A DNA stretch of 63,924 bases, counting the filler, from Craspedostauros australis (Eukaryota), in NCBI GenBank assembly GCA_030167865.1. It is 9 parts of 9 records of this genome, joined end to end, with 100 filler letters (N's around TTAATTAATTAA, not from the genome) between each part and the next. Parts side by side here need not be neighbours in the genome. Positions count along the whole stretch, not along the records: positions 47,080 to 55,146 come from JALAGF010002128.1; positions 55,247 to 59,383 come from JALAGF010002129.1; positions 59,484 to 61,125 come from JALAGF010002130.1; positions 61,226 to 62,680 come from JALAGF010002131.1; 5 more parts are not named here. One strand, written 5' to 3'. The first letter of the stretch is position 1; each line of letters starts with the position of its first letter. The translations under genes and the position numbers were made by a program. The notes beneath the pieces are model-generated. The model did not search any database. It was not told the origin of the DNA and was given only the letters and a program-made list of their open reading frames with translations. Of this stretch, positions 50,193 through 61,717 are shown piece by piece.

Positions 50193-51709
50193 TCCCTGTT
50201 TGCTCTTCTTTCTGTTCTTTCTTCTTTGGCTCTGCCTCGCTTGGCTTGATGATGGGGTTCGTTTGCGCTGTGGGGCTGCTGGTTGGAGAAGACTTGTTCG
50301 CTGCTGTTTGATCAGCTCCGCTCAAGGAATATAATAGTTAGATGCGGTTGGATGCGATCGTCCAAGCTTTCTATCCGTGCCCGTATGTACTGGGAGAGTT
50401 GGCCTTGGACTGCTTGGCTGCTTGGCCACCTGACTTCGGTTGTTGTGTCTGTCTCTGTCTCTCTCCACCTTGGTTGTCTGTGTGTGGAGTTTGGCATGGA
50501 CAATGCGCGTGAATTGGCCCGTTGCAACCGCGTTGGATCGCCTTCAGATTTGCAACGGACACAAATCAAACGAAGATCATTTTTTGTGTTTCAGATCAAA
50601 GGTTGCAGTCGCATCAGTCGGAGATGGCAAAGGGAAACCAGAATACTATTATATGAAGTTATTCAGTGATGAATAAATGTATTTTACAATGTCGTAGTGA
50701 CGGCTGATACGACATGCCTGTATGAAAGATTGTTTGCCGTTGAGTCATTTGTTTGTCCGTTCGACTGGTATGACTAGAAGTCGTGTGTCCCAACTTGTGA
50801 CATCAGCGCTCGGTTGCCACCGATGTGGGTGTTTTCGTTTGGCGGCTCCATTTGTGACCGTGACAAGGATACTGGGCGACAGCCGTGACTTTGGTCCTCC
50901 GCCTCTCCCTCTTCTCGCCTTGGTTGCCACCAACGCCACCCACAGACACAGGAAGGGAAATCATTGGGATTCGGACGTTCTCCTTTGATCGACGTCGCTC
51001 ATCATCGCAAAGCAGTCGCATCCACCACCGCCGCCGCCAACAACCACACCACCACCACCATCACAAAACAAACACATCAACCCGGTTGAGCCAACAGCAG
51101 TGCACTCCATTCCCAGCACTGTTTCCGAGCACCCCCTTTTCTCCATTCTGCTTGACTTTGCCTTGCATCTTCGCCGCATCTTCATCACGAACAAAGGCAG
51201 GCATCAACCAATCCTTTTAACTAGCTTGGGACCATCCATCAACCGACCAAACAAGCAACCAAGAGAAGCAAGAAGACAAGGCGAACAAGAGATCAGACAG
51301 AGGATCACTGTTGCGTACGCAGAGCCACAACAGCATCGACAGCATCAACCAACAGTCATCTTGCTGGCCGAAAAAGACGGAACCAGATTTCGAAATTTCA
51401 ACCATCCAGTCTTGTCAGCGCCAAAATTTGCTTCCCCATTTTGGTTCCCCATCTGCCCTTCATCGCAGACACCCGATACAAGCAATAGCAGTAGCAACTC
51501 CAATACAAACAGCAGTAGGATCAGTACCAGCAGCGGGAGTCGCCATAGATACTGATACCATCACAGCCACACCAATCCACAATCACAATCGCATCCACGT
51601 CCAACCGACCCTCTCCATCCGTTTTGACAAAGATAGACAGCTCACGGCAAGGATTCAGCACATCACGCATCGTATCACGCGTTCGACCGACCAGTCGGGC
51701 GTCATCAAC

Positions 51710-51763
51710 AGAGCGAAGCAATAGAGCGAAGCAATAGAGCGAAGCAATAGAGCGAAGCAATAG
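51710..51763. repeat. 13-bp minisatellite (AGAGCGAAGCAAT)x4
   Basis: Perfect tandem copies upstream of LIS1. Confidence 0.9.
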
Positions 51764-51987
51764 GTCGACTATTCATTGTCCCACACATACTCGCACATAC
51801 TCGTACTCTTCCATCACTTTCGTTGCATCCAGGCAAGGTCAAATTACAGCAGCGACGAAGACATCAACAACAACACAGTAACAACACAGCAACAACACAA
51901 CAGCATTGACGGCTTCCTGACGAACCACCACCATCACTGAAACCAAACCCAAAAGCAACAACAGCAGCAGCAACAACAACATCGATC

Positions 51988-53792
51988 ATGGTCCTCACCG
52001 ACAGACAGAGAGAAGACTTGCACGCCGGCATTCATGAATACTTGAAGAGTCGCGGAGAGGCCTTTGCGCCCGCCGCAGAGGCATTTGCTGCCGCCGATCC
52101 AAAGGCAGCGGCGAAGACCACCAACAACGTCGGTCGCACGCCGCTCCTCGAAAAGAAGTGGACGGCCATTCCCAGACTGCAAAAGAAGGTCCTCGAGCTT
52201 GAACGAGCCGTGGCTCAGAACGCGCGCATTCACGCACATCGCATGGGCAGCAGCAATGGGGAAAGGAACGGCAACGGCACAGGGGGCAACCGAAGAATGC
52301 TGCCCCGGCTGCCATGCTCCCACACCATGCAAGGTCATTCCGCCGTTGTCACCTGCGTTCGCGTGCATCCCGTCTTCACCGTTGTTTGCAGTGGATCAGA
52401 GGATGGAACCATCAAGGTACGTCTCCGCCATACCAACTGGTGCCACTTCTATCATGCTCTCTGTCAATTGTGTAGCCGAACTACAATGCATGCAAAGTTG
52501 GAATCCAATCGTCATGGCTCGTCATGCCATAAACCAATGGCGACGTTCGTCATTGTCGGTCATTTGTGCCCTCGTATGATACCGTGCCGCCAATACATTC
52601 GCACACCAATGACTCACCGACTCTGCTCTGGAATTTCGACCATCGGCCAATCCGCATGCACCTACGCTTGCATATGAGTGCGCAATTCCCGGCTCTTCGA
52701 ATCATTCACCCTCACAACCAACCAACGAACCAATTGGCAAATGTACGACGCAATCGCCTGGAATCGGTTCTGCAATGAATTGTGACACCGATGAACCACG
52801 ATGAACCATCCAATGATGCAAATGGTACTGCCCGAATTGTGACGTACCATACTTCGGGGATGAATTATTAAATGCTGGTCTCATAGATTTGGGATCACGA
52901 GAGCGGCGACTACATGAAGACCCTCAAGGGGCACACCAACACCGTCAACTCCCTGGCCTTCACGCCGACGGGGTCTCATTTGGTATCATCCTCCAACGAT
53001 CTCTCCATCAAACTCTGGGACTTCCAATCCCACGCCTGCGTCCGAACCCTGCGCGGTCACGACCACACCATCTCCGCCGTCTCCTTCATCCCAGCGCAGG
53101 GCCTCATCCCATCCAGCGGCGATGAAACAGTCAGCTTCGACGTCTCGGCGGCCTCAGCCAAGCTACTTCTCTCCGCATCCCGCGACCACACCGTCAAGCT
53201 GTGGGACATGGAGACAGGATTCTGCGATCACACATTCTCGGATCACACCGACTGGGTCCGCTGTTTGGCGGTCCGAAAGCACGACGGTGGAATTTGGGCA
53301 TCCTCCGGAAACGACCAGGTCATCAACGTCTACGATTCGGAAGAGTCCACAAAGACGAAGATCTGCGAGCTCCGAGGCCACGAACACGTTGTGGAATCCT
53401 TGGCATTCATCAGCGAGGAGTCCTTCCCCAAGGGTGCCTCCACGGCCGGACGTGACATGAAGCATCTCGAAACTGTCCGTGACTACCTGGCCAGCGCCAG
53501 CCGAGATAGAAGCGTGCGACTGTGGTCCATCGCCAACGCTTCCTGCGTGGGAGTCTTCACTGCGCACGAGAATTGGGTCAAAGGCGTCGTCATCCATCCC
53601 TCCGGAAACTACCTCATCAGCGGCGGCGACGACAGAACAATACGGGTATTCGACATCAAGGCCAACCGTTGCCTGCGGACCTTGGAAAATGCCCACACTC
53701 ACTTCGTTTCATCGATTGATATTCATCACACCCTCCCCGTCATGGTCACAGGCGGTGTCGACCAAGTCCTGAGGAGTTGGGTGTTGGATTAG
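51988..53792 (+). CDS. LIS1: LIS1 / NudF dynein regulator (LisH, coiled coil, WD40); exons 51988-52416 and 52887-53792
   Basis: [39 protein letters not shown], then WD40 repeats. The GTACGT..ATAG intron joins TIK-IWD. Confidence 0.95.
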
Positions 53793-54980
53793 GCGACTCT
53801 CACTTCGTGTGATACGTGTGCTACATATGTACTCGACTCGGATTGGCCGTCGCACAGCGGCATCATCAGTACCAACGCGCAAGGTGGCGACAAATCAGAG
53901 ATACCGGACGGCTGCGCCGCAATATTGCAACTGAACGCAGCGAATACGACACAACGAAATACTATATCATGCATACATCGGGTCAACGAAGACGATTGAA
54001 TACGGGGTTGATACTCCCTCACAGTCTGTGTATCTATGCTCTCGACACTGTGCAACAAGCCATGCAAAGTGCACGCACGCACACAAGTGCATGAAATGCT
54101 TTCATTATCGCGAATGAAATCCATCATCTGCAAACGCAACTGAGAACCAATCCTCTGCAAGGCAAGACAACTGCGGCCCGACAGGGCAGCGCACCGCAGA
54201 CACTCCTCCCATCCACCATGTGATTGGGAACGATCTGTTCCTTCCCCTCTGCCGGGCCGCACTTGTCACTTGCTCCTTGGTCAACTATCGCACTCGTACC
54301 GCACTCCAACTACTCAACCCATTACACCGCAACAAACAAACCAGCCGACGACTCGACGTCAACAATCCCTCTTTCAATCACTCAATCACTCACCAAGCCT
54401 CCTCCTTTAATAACACAGCCATTCTACTAGTCTAATACTATCAACACTCAGCAGAGCAATGCAATACTCCCATTTAACATGGAAGAGAGCGTTCCAACCA
54501 ATTTCAAGGGAACGCCACACACATTTACCCCAACACATGTACGTCCTGTACTGTCTATCTATGACGTGCCACGCTCGCTTGCGATCGAGGACGGCTTCAG
54601 CGACTGTGTGCATGTAACTTTGCTTGTCCAAAGTTAGTAAGTCTAGAAAAAGAGCCACTACGTTGTTACGGACACACGGCAAGACGTCACGAAAGTTGAA
54701 CATCCAAATGGAGTGACGCAGAGGAAACGATTGTGTTCTTTCCTCTTGCGTCTCCGTTTCCGCCCAACCACAACAAACAAAGACGACAGCAACACCGAAC
54801 CTCTGCAAGGCACGGGAAAACCGTTGAAACACGACTTAGAGCGCGTTCGACCACTCCGACGATTTACTTTGAATCGCTGAAGCGATGTTGAAGTTCGACT
54901 CAACTGATTGCACCTATCGTTCTAGAATAACGTTTTTAACGTCGATATGTTTAAAAAGCGAACTCCAATGACAACAAACT

Positions 54981-55120
54981 GATTCAATGAAAGTAATGAC
55001 GTTTCAATGAAAGTAATGACGATTCAATGAAAGTAATCACGGTTCAATGAAAGTAATCGCGTTTCAATGAAAGTAATGACGTTTCAATGAAAGTAATAGC
55101 GTTTCAATGAAAGTAATGTC
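54981..55120. repeat. 7 x 20-bp tandem array, consensus GTTTCAATGAAAGTAATGAC
   Basis: Invariant core TTCAATGAAAGTAAT in all seven units; variation only at the unit junctions. Confidence 0.95.
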
Positions 55121-55507
55121 GGACCACGACTGAACGACGAAAACACNNNNNNNNNNNNNNNNNNNNNNNNNNNNNNNNNNNNNNNNNNNNTTAATTAATT
55201 AANNNNNNNNNNNNNNNNNNNNNNNNNNNNNNNNNNNNNNNNNNNNCTCCTCGGAGACCGTTCATAATTTCATAATCTCTCTGAGGAGTCGTGGTAGTCC
55301 AAAATTCGTTCTCAACGGCTACATCGGAGCGAAACTTCGTCCTCACACTAGATTAATCCAATGTGCTCTACTGCAAATTGATTATTCGTTCCCACCCGTT
55401 GCATCGCGACTCTCTGTTGCAGTTCAACTCCTTCTTTGGATGCACCTAGTGTAACTGTGCATTCGTCATTTGATGAACTCCAGTAGATCATATCTTCCCC
55501 CACCATC

Positions 55508-56692
55508 ATGACTTCCACCCTCCAGTATCATCGCCGGCGCCAGGCTGCCTTGATTGCTGTCATCCTTGTCATTCTTGAGCATCTTGCTGCACAGCAGCGC
55601 CTCCTCATGTGTGCTGTGGCACACTACATCATCGACACCATGCCAACAAGTGTGCGAAGGGGTCGGTACCTCAGCTCCAGCATCTTCCGTCATCAAGCAG
55701 TATCGTTCTGGTCCTTGATTCGACAGTATGGTGACTCCATGGAGTTCTACAACTTCATTGGACTCACCAGGCCATCGTTCGATCGATTGGCTGAAGTGCT
55801 CAAGCCCGTCATCGAAGCGTTGCCCGTCGATCCGCGAGCTACAGCATCACCACGACCATCAGATATTCGCCGTCGTAAGTTTGACTACATCGATATCACC
55901 GCCATTGCAATGAAGTATCTGACTTCCAAGTCAGAATTGAAGAACCTATCACCGCAATTTGGGTGCATTGTTAGTGTGTTCCATCACTATCTCCAACTAA
56001 GCATCGACTCCGTGATCCAAACCTTGCTCGTCCATGACCTTGCGAGGGTGTTCTGGGATCGCAGTCCCAGAGGCATGGAGGAGATGAGACAACTCAGTGA
56101 GCCATTCCGTGGCGCTCCAGGAGTAGTTGCTGTGATTGACGGCCTGAAGCTCACCAGTGCTGCTCCATCTCATCCCATGGAACAAAACAGGGATTGGAAT
56201 GGGTGGACACGCGATGTCAACCGCAACCTTGTGTTGGTGTGGGACCTGAAGGGCCGCGTAGTTGACTGCGCAGTCAACACTCCTGGCAGCTTCCATGACT
56301 CCACTTCGTGCGTGTGGGGAAACATCTACGAGCACATCCTGGCCCTCCCAACCAACGCCAGCGTCGCAGCCGATGCCGCGTTCAGCACTGCCAAGAAGCT
56401 CAAGGGGAAAGTCATCAAGGCAAAGAAGTCCAAGCACCAGTACTCTCCGTACAACTCCACCCTTACACACTTGCGCCAGTGCTCTGAGTGGGGGAATCAC
56501 ACGTTGACGGCCACTTTCCGTCGTTTGCTTGTCCCTCTTCCTACTGATAACATTCGGCGCGGGAGAATCATGTGGTCAGCCATCCTCCTCCACAACTGGA
56601 AGACAGAGACATGCAATCGCAACCAAATCCGTACGTACATGGCAGATGTCGCAGCAACGGTGAATGAAGGCAAGGCCGAATCGAACAACTAA
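55508..56692 (+). CDS. Harbinger-type DDE transposase (DDE_Tnp_4/HARBI1-like)
   Basis: AVIDG, PGSFHDS, AADAAF, RQCSEWG..F, LLHNW; uninterrupted 394 aa. Confidence 0.9.
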   Translation: MTSTLQYHRRRQAALIAVILVILEHLAAQQRLLMCAVAHYIIDTMPTSVRRGRYLSSSIFRHQAVSFWSLIRQYGDSMEFYNFIGLTRPSFDRLAEVLKPVIEALPVDPRATASPRPSDIRRRKFDYIDITAIAMKYLTSKSELKNLSPQFGCIVSVFHHYLQLSIDSVIQTLLVHDLARVFWDRSPRGMEEMRQLSEPFRGAPGVVAVIDGLKLTSAAPSHPMEQNRDWNGWTRDVNRNLVLVWDLKGRVVDCAVNTPGSFHDSTSCVWGNIYEHILALPTNASVAADAAFSTAKKLKGKVIKAKKSKHQYSPYNSTLTHLRQCSEWGNHTLTATFRRLLVPLPTDNIRRGRIMWSAILLHNWKTETCNRNQIRTYMADVAATVNEGKAESNN

Positions 56693-56975
56693 GAGTGACT
56701 CTCACATGATAAACGAATGAAATAGGAGCAAGCTAAATCGATATGATCGTCTCCATCAAGCTGTGTCAATGCTGTGCGAAAAGCACAACCAGCAGCAAGA
56801 TTAGCTACAAGTCTCGCGAATCCCGACATGTTTAGGCGAGCATGTTCAATGCAGCTTATCGCGTTTGGTTCATACATGTCTTGCAGAACTGCACCATACA
56901 TGCATGGCCAACATTGTGAACGTGTGATTGTCTGATGCGTTTTGTTGTTGCTGTTGTGAGAAAAGTTGCTATGTT

Positions 56976-58127
56976 TTAGTTCTTCTTCAAGTACTCGAAC
57001 ATGACGCTGAGCTGCTCCGCGAGGCCTCCACAGGTGCGGTTGAGGTGTGCGTTCGCCACCTTCAGCTCAGCGCATGTCTTCTCCAGAAGGTCGCACTTCT
57101 TGTCGATCATCTCCAGCCTTGCGTCATTGGCGGGAGATGGCGGAGCCAAAATAGGGCTCTTCATGACTCCGATAAGTTCTCCGAGGCATCCAGACAACTT
57201 ATTGGACAATTCGGTGGTTGAATTCTGCATGTCAAGCATCGTTGATGCAAGCATGTCTGCCTTCCGCTTTCGAGGGAGAGGGCGCACTGGCGTTCCTTCC
57301 GCAGAGAACAGCCCACTGGCAACTCTGGCCTTTTGTAATTTGTCCGCTTCACGTTGCACCGCGGTTGGCACAGCGCCACCGGCACGCCCTGCGGCAGCAG
57401 CAGCCACGGTCTCGTCAACCTCGTCTGCGACGTCTTCAAGCCCCCCCTCGTTCAGTCCTGAGAAACCGATGGTCTCCTTTGTCCTAATATTCTCCATGAT
57501 ACGGTGTGCCCAACTGACGTCTCCAGGGACATCGCATGCCCCAGTTGGCCGGGCGCTCGTTGCCAACAACTGGAATTTGCGCTTGCACGCGGTTCCGTTG
57601 CGGCGCCAGAACTTGTAAACATCAGAGCACTCCTTCTCAACCGCATCCCACATCTTTGCACCGACAGGAAGCAGCCTGCCCACTGTAGTGAGCAACAAAT
57701 GGATCTCCTGGCCTGTCCACTTTAGGGCTCCCACTTTGCGACCTTTTCCGTTGGCGGCGGGTGCGCTGGAAACTGGAGTTGGAACCACGACAACGTCGTC
57801 TTCGTTGGATGCGGCGGGAAATGCGGCGAGGTTGTTGGCAGCCTGCCAAAGACGGCCAGGACGGGTCAATGGCGGCTCGGTGTAGCCTGGCCAGAGCTCC
57901 TCAACGTCGGTCAAGCGAAGGGAGCCGACGATGGCGTTGGCTCTGTCGTCACCAACGACCTGAGCATGATGGATTCCGGCTATGACCTCATCGATGGTGG
58001 GGACTTGGTCCAGTGGCATATCGCCTCCCACGAAAACGCGATAAAACCAAGCAGCATCGTCATGGTAGGATCTGCCTTCATCGGATGGTCGGAACAGATC
58101 CTGGAGGACGTAGGAAGCAATGGACAT
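56976..58127 (-). CDS. Myb/SANT-like DNA-binding partner protein of the Harbinger element
   Basis: KWTGQEIHLLL..LPVG..MWDAV..R..ACKRKFQLL..PTG trihelix pattern, PRKRK NLS-like motif, C-terminal coiled coil. Confidence 0.8.
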   Translation of the reverse strand: MSIASYVLQDLFRPSDEGRSYHDDAAWFYRVFVGGDMPLDQVPTIDEVIAGIHHAQVVGDDRANAIVGSLRLTDVEELWPGYTEPPLTRPGRLWQAANNLAAFPAASNEDDVVVVPTPVSSAPAANGKGRKVGALKWTGQEIHLLLTTVGRLLPVGAKMWDAVEKECSDVYKFWRRNGTACKRKFQLLATSARPTGACDVPGDVSWAHRIMENIRTKETIGFSGLNEGGLEDVADEVDETVAAAAAGRAGGAVPTAVQREADKLQKARVASGLFSAEGTPVRPLPRKRKADMLASTMLDMQNSTTELSNKLSGCLGELIGVMKSPILAPPSPANDARLEMIDKKCDLLEKTCAELKVANAHLNRTCGGLAEQLSVMFEYLKKN

Positions 58128-58980
58128 GGTAGAGTCTAAGGTTGACTGAAATGGAAGAGCACTCTTGTCAATAGTGGACTGTGGATGGTAATTGTAAACC
58201 GAGATACGAAGTGATGGCTCTTGAGAAGAAAGTAATAGAAGATGTGGAATGCATCAACGATGCCAAGAAGCGAAGAAGATGCGAGTGGGAAGCTGCCATT
58301 GCCATTTGTATCATCAAAGCAAAGACAAGGAGACGATTGGCAAGCCAGTGATTGCACTGAGCGCTGCAACGGTTGGGATAGGTACGTTGAGCGTTCAATG
58401 AATGAAGGAGTGGACACCAGCAGCACAGGAGATGGAGAAAGGAAGACCAAGAGAAGCAGAAAAGCGATGAGGCAAACAAAATAGTATGGAGATGAACTGC
58501 GGATGGCGCGGAGCAACACATACGTACATACATACATATATTCATCTGGTATATGGCAGTTGAAAACTGCACTTAGGAAAGACACATGTATTTGTGAATG
58601 TGTGACGCAGCAAGAGATGCGCGAAGCTGAAGCTGTCAATGTGTCAAAATACCACCCCATTCAGCGAGGTCGAGTAAAATCCTTCCGATTCTGAATCGGA
58701 CCACATGACTTTTTTTTTTGCAACGTTGCGTGTTGTCCATTTGGGTTTGATATATTTAGATAGCTCATACGACACTAATACATGGCTTGTCCTCACCGTG
58801 GACGGAAATGATGGCGTCGTTGCTGGTCGACATCAGACTGTGATGGTATCCAACAGTGTGGGTAGTGATGTTGTGACAGCTTCGGTGTCGCGTTCATTCT
58901 TCAAGCTGGCTCTGTTGTGTGCTTCCTCCCTTGTGCGTGTTGTGTCAAGTAGCACCGCGTTGTTTGTGGCATGCCAACAC

Positions 58981-59383
58981 ATCCACGGCATCATCCATGG
59001 CAACATCCACAGCATCATCCACAGCATCATCCACAGCAACATCCACAGCATCATCCACGGCATCATCCACGACAACATCCACAGCATCATCCACGGCATC
59101 ATCCACGGCAACATCCACAGCATCATCCACGGCATCATCCACCGCATCATCCACAGCATCATCCACAGCATCATCCACGGCATCATCCACAGTAACATCT
59201 ACAGCATCATCCACAGCATCATCCACAGCATCATCCACGGCATCATCCACGGCATCATCCACGGCATCATCCACAGCAACATCCACAGCATCATCCACAG
59301 CATCATCCACGGCATCATCCACAGCATCATCCACGGCATCATCCACAGCATCATCCACAGCATCATCCACGGCATCATCCACG
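58981..59383. repeat. 12-bp minisatellite (ATCCACRGCATC)n, at least 33 units, running into a gap
   Basis: Direct inspection; variants AGC/GGC and ATC/AAC. Confidence 0.95.
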
Positions 59384-59483
59384 NNNNNNNNNNNNNNNNN
59401 NNNNNNNNNNNNNNNNNNNNNNNNNNNTTAATTAATTAANNNNNNNNNNNNNNNNNNNNNNNNNNNNNNNNNNNNNNNNNNNN

Positions 59484-61105
59484 TCACCTTTGCACTCATC
59501 ACTGCATACAACACATCATACAATGAGGAGTTTGTCAGCCACATCCAGCGCTGCAGTGACTGCGGTACTCCAGACTACATCAGTCTCACGAATACTGCTG
59601 AGACCAAGTACCAGAGCGTGGTCAATGCCAGCACATGGAACCGCCTTTCTTGCGACAAGCAGCTCCTTGCTCTCTGAGCCAAGACGAAGCAGCTCAAAGC
59701 GTCAATCACCAAATCATCCAGCAAGCAAGCAAACAACAAGAAGGACAACAAAGGGACAGCTTGCCACAAGGTGGCAACCACCCTCTTGCCAATCAAGATC
59801 CGCCAAAGGGCAACAACCCCAGGCACTTTGTCCACCAGGGAACCACCTTCCACTGGTGTGACAACCACAAGGCATGGGACAAGCACAAGACATCCAACTG
59901 TCGCGCCCGACCTGGCAAGAACGCTGACTCCTCTGGGAAGAAGCGCCAGCACGACAAGAAATCGCCCTCGTCCAAATCCGTCAAGGTCCATGCCAAGTCA
60001 GCTCCTCACGTCCACTTCGACGACAGCGATGGCCACTATGACAGTAGCCAGCATTCCACTCCCAGCGATGGAAACGCCAGTGAGAACTGACATGAAGGCA
60101 CGCCCATCCGATCAATGTTATCAGTCACAGCACTGCAAGGCATCTCCGCGATGCAGACGACATTGCATCAGATGGGTGATGTTCCAATCGGAATTGACAC
60201 CTGCACGTCGGCCACAGTCTCTGGACAACGTGGTGACTTCAGCAACGATCTTCAGCCAGTCCACGGCATGGCCATACAAGGAGTTGGAGGGTCCATCCCC
60301 ATTCAATCCAAGGGCACANNNNNNNNNNNNNNNNNNNNNNNNNNNNNNNNNNNNNNNNNNNNNNNNNNNNNNNNNNNNNNNNNNNNNNNNNNNNNNNNNN
60401 NNNNNNNNNNNNNNNNNNNNCAATGGTCAGACCAAGGTCCCCGCGATCATCACGGCAGGCACTTGCGTACCTGCACAACCTACGGCAACCACACAGTCCT
60501 GCGCTCCTCGCGTCACAAGGTCACTGTCTACCATCATCCTGGCACCAACCTGCCTCTGATGTCCGTCATCCACGCCAAGCGACATGCGCCAGCATTCCTC
60601 GCTACCTCCAGTCCTTCAAGCAATCCTGAATTTTTTAACATCACCGACGTCCCCGACGGCATGATGGAGGTTCATGAAGACCCCAAGCTTGCCGAGTTGA
60701 GGCCCGATCCTCTCCAAGACAACGACACACTGGTCCGCGATCAGTCGGCAACACATCCTGTTGGTGCATCCGATGCACAGGGACAGCTACTCCGGTGGCA
60801 CCATCGCTTGGGGCACCTTCCCTTCCGTGTCTTGCGCAACATGGCATCACACGGAATCATACCACGGCACTTGGCCAAGGCCGAGTTCCCTCTCTGCTCT
60901 GGGTGCATCTATGGCAAGGCCGTCCGCCAGCGCAAGCCAAATTGCATCACGCGCGTCGTCAAGCGAGCGCGATTCCCAGGGCACATCGTATCGGTCGATC
61001 AGATCGTCTCTCGCCAGCCTGGGGTGCTTCCGCAGCAAAAGGGCACGCACACCTGGTCGTGATACACATGCGTGACAGTGTTTGTTGATCAGTACCTTGG
61101 TATTG
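59484..61105 (+). mobile_element. Degenerate Ty1/Copia (CoDi-like) LTR retrotransposon: gag, protease and start of integrase
   Basis: Gag WCDNHKAWDKHKTSNC, protease IGIDTCTS, WHHRLGHLPF..CSGCIYGK, integrase VSVDQ..TVFVD..YVHL. TGA stops at 59675, 60088 and 61060. Confidence 0.88.
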
Positions 61106-61225
61106 ACTACGTTCACTTGCAGCTCNNNNNNNNNNNNNNNNNNNNNNNNNNNNNNNNNNNNNNNNNNNNTTAATTAATTAANNNNNNNNNNNNNNNNNNN
61201 NNNNNNNNNNNNNNNNNNNNNNNNN

Positions 61226-61712
61226 TGGTTGTCACACCAGTGGAAGGTGGTTCCCTGGTGGACAAAGTGCCTGGGGTTGTTGCCCTTTGGCGGATCTTGA
61301 TTGGCAAGAGGGTGGTTGCCACCTTGTGGCAAGCTGTCCCTTTGTTGTCCTTCTTGTTGTTTGCTTGCTTGCTGGATGATTTGGTGATTGACGCTTTGAG
61401 CTGCTTCGTCTTGGCTCAGAGAGCAAGGAGCTGCTTGTCGCAAGAAAGGCGGTTCCATGTGCTGGCATTGACCACGCTCTGGTACTTGGTCTCAGCAGTA
61501 TTCGTGAGACTGATGTAGTCTGGAGTACCGCAGTCACTGCAGCGCTGGATGTGGCTGACAAACTCCTCATTGTATGATGTGTTGTATGCAGTGATGAGTG
61601 CAAAGGTGAGTTTGCTGCCAACTGTTTCGCCTTTGGACTGGAGAGTGAAGACTTGGTTGCGAACGTGGTTGTTCAGCTTCTTGATGTTGTTGTTGAAGTC
61701 TTTGAGCTTCAA
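61226..61712 (-). mobile_element. Copia gag fragment, reverse-complement copy of 59484-59867 extended further 5'
   Basis: Identical translated ORFs on the opposite strand (MEPPFLRQ..), the same premature stop, plus the extra KLKDFNNNIKKLN segment. Confidence 0.85.
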
Positions 61713-61717
61713 CCAAT

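Larger units (their letters stand above)
54839..58700. mobile_element. PIF/Harbinger DNA transposon (two convergent ORFs); boundaries approximate
   Basis: Transposase plus Myb-like ORF pair; candidate left end TTA|GAGCGCGTTCG at 54836-54849. The right TIR was not found, and a gap lies at 55147-55246. Confidence 0.75.

Noticed and set aside
54981..55120. CRISPR-like look of the GTTTCAAT..GAAAG repeats
   Set aside because: The units are contiguous 20-mers with no unique spacers, there are no cas genes, and the context is eukaryotic.
59484..61609. Large inverted repeat formed by two Copia gag copies
   Set aside because: The copies look identical, including the premature stop, and each ends at a gap; most likely overlapping contigs of one locus in opposite orientation.
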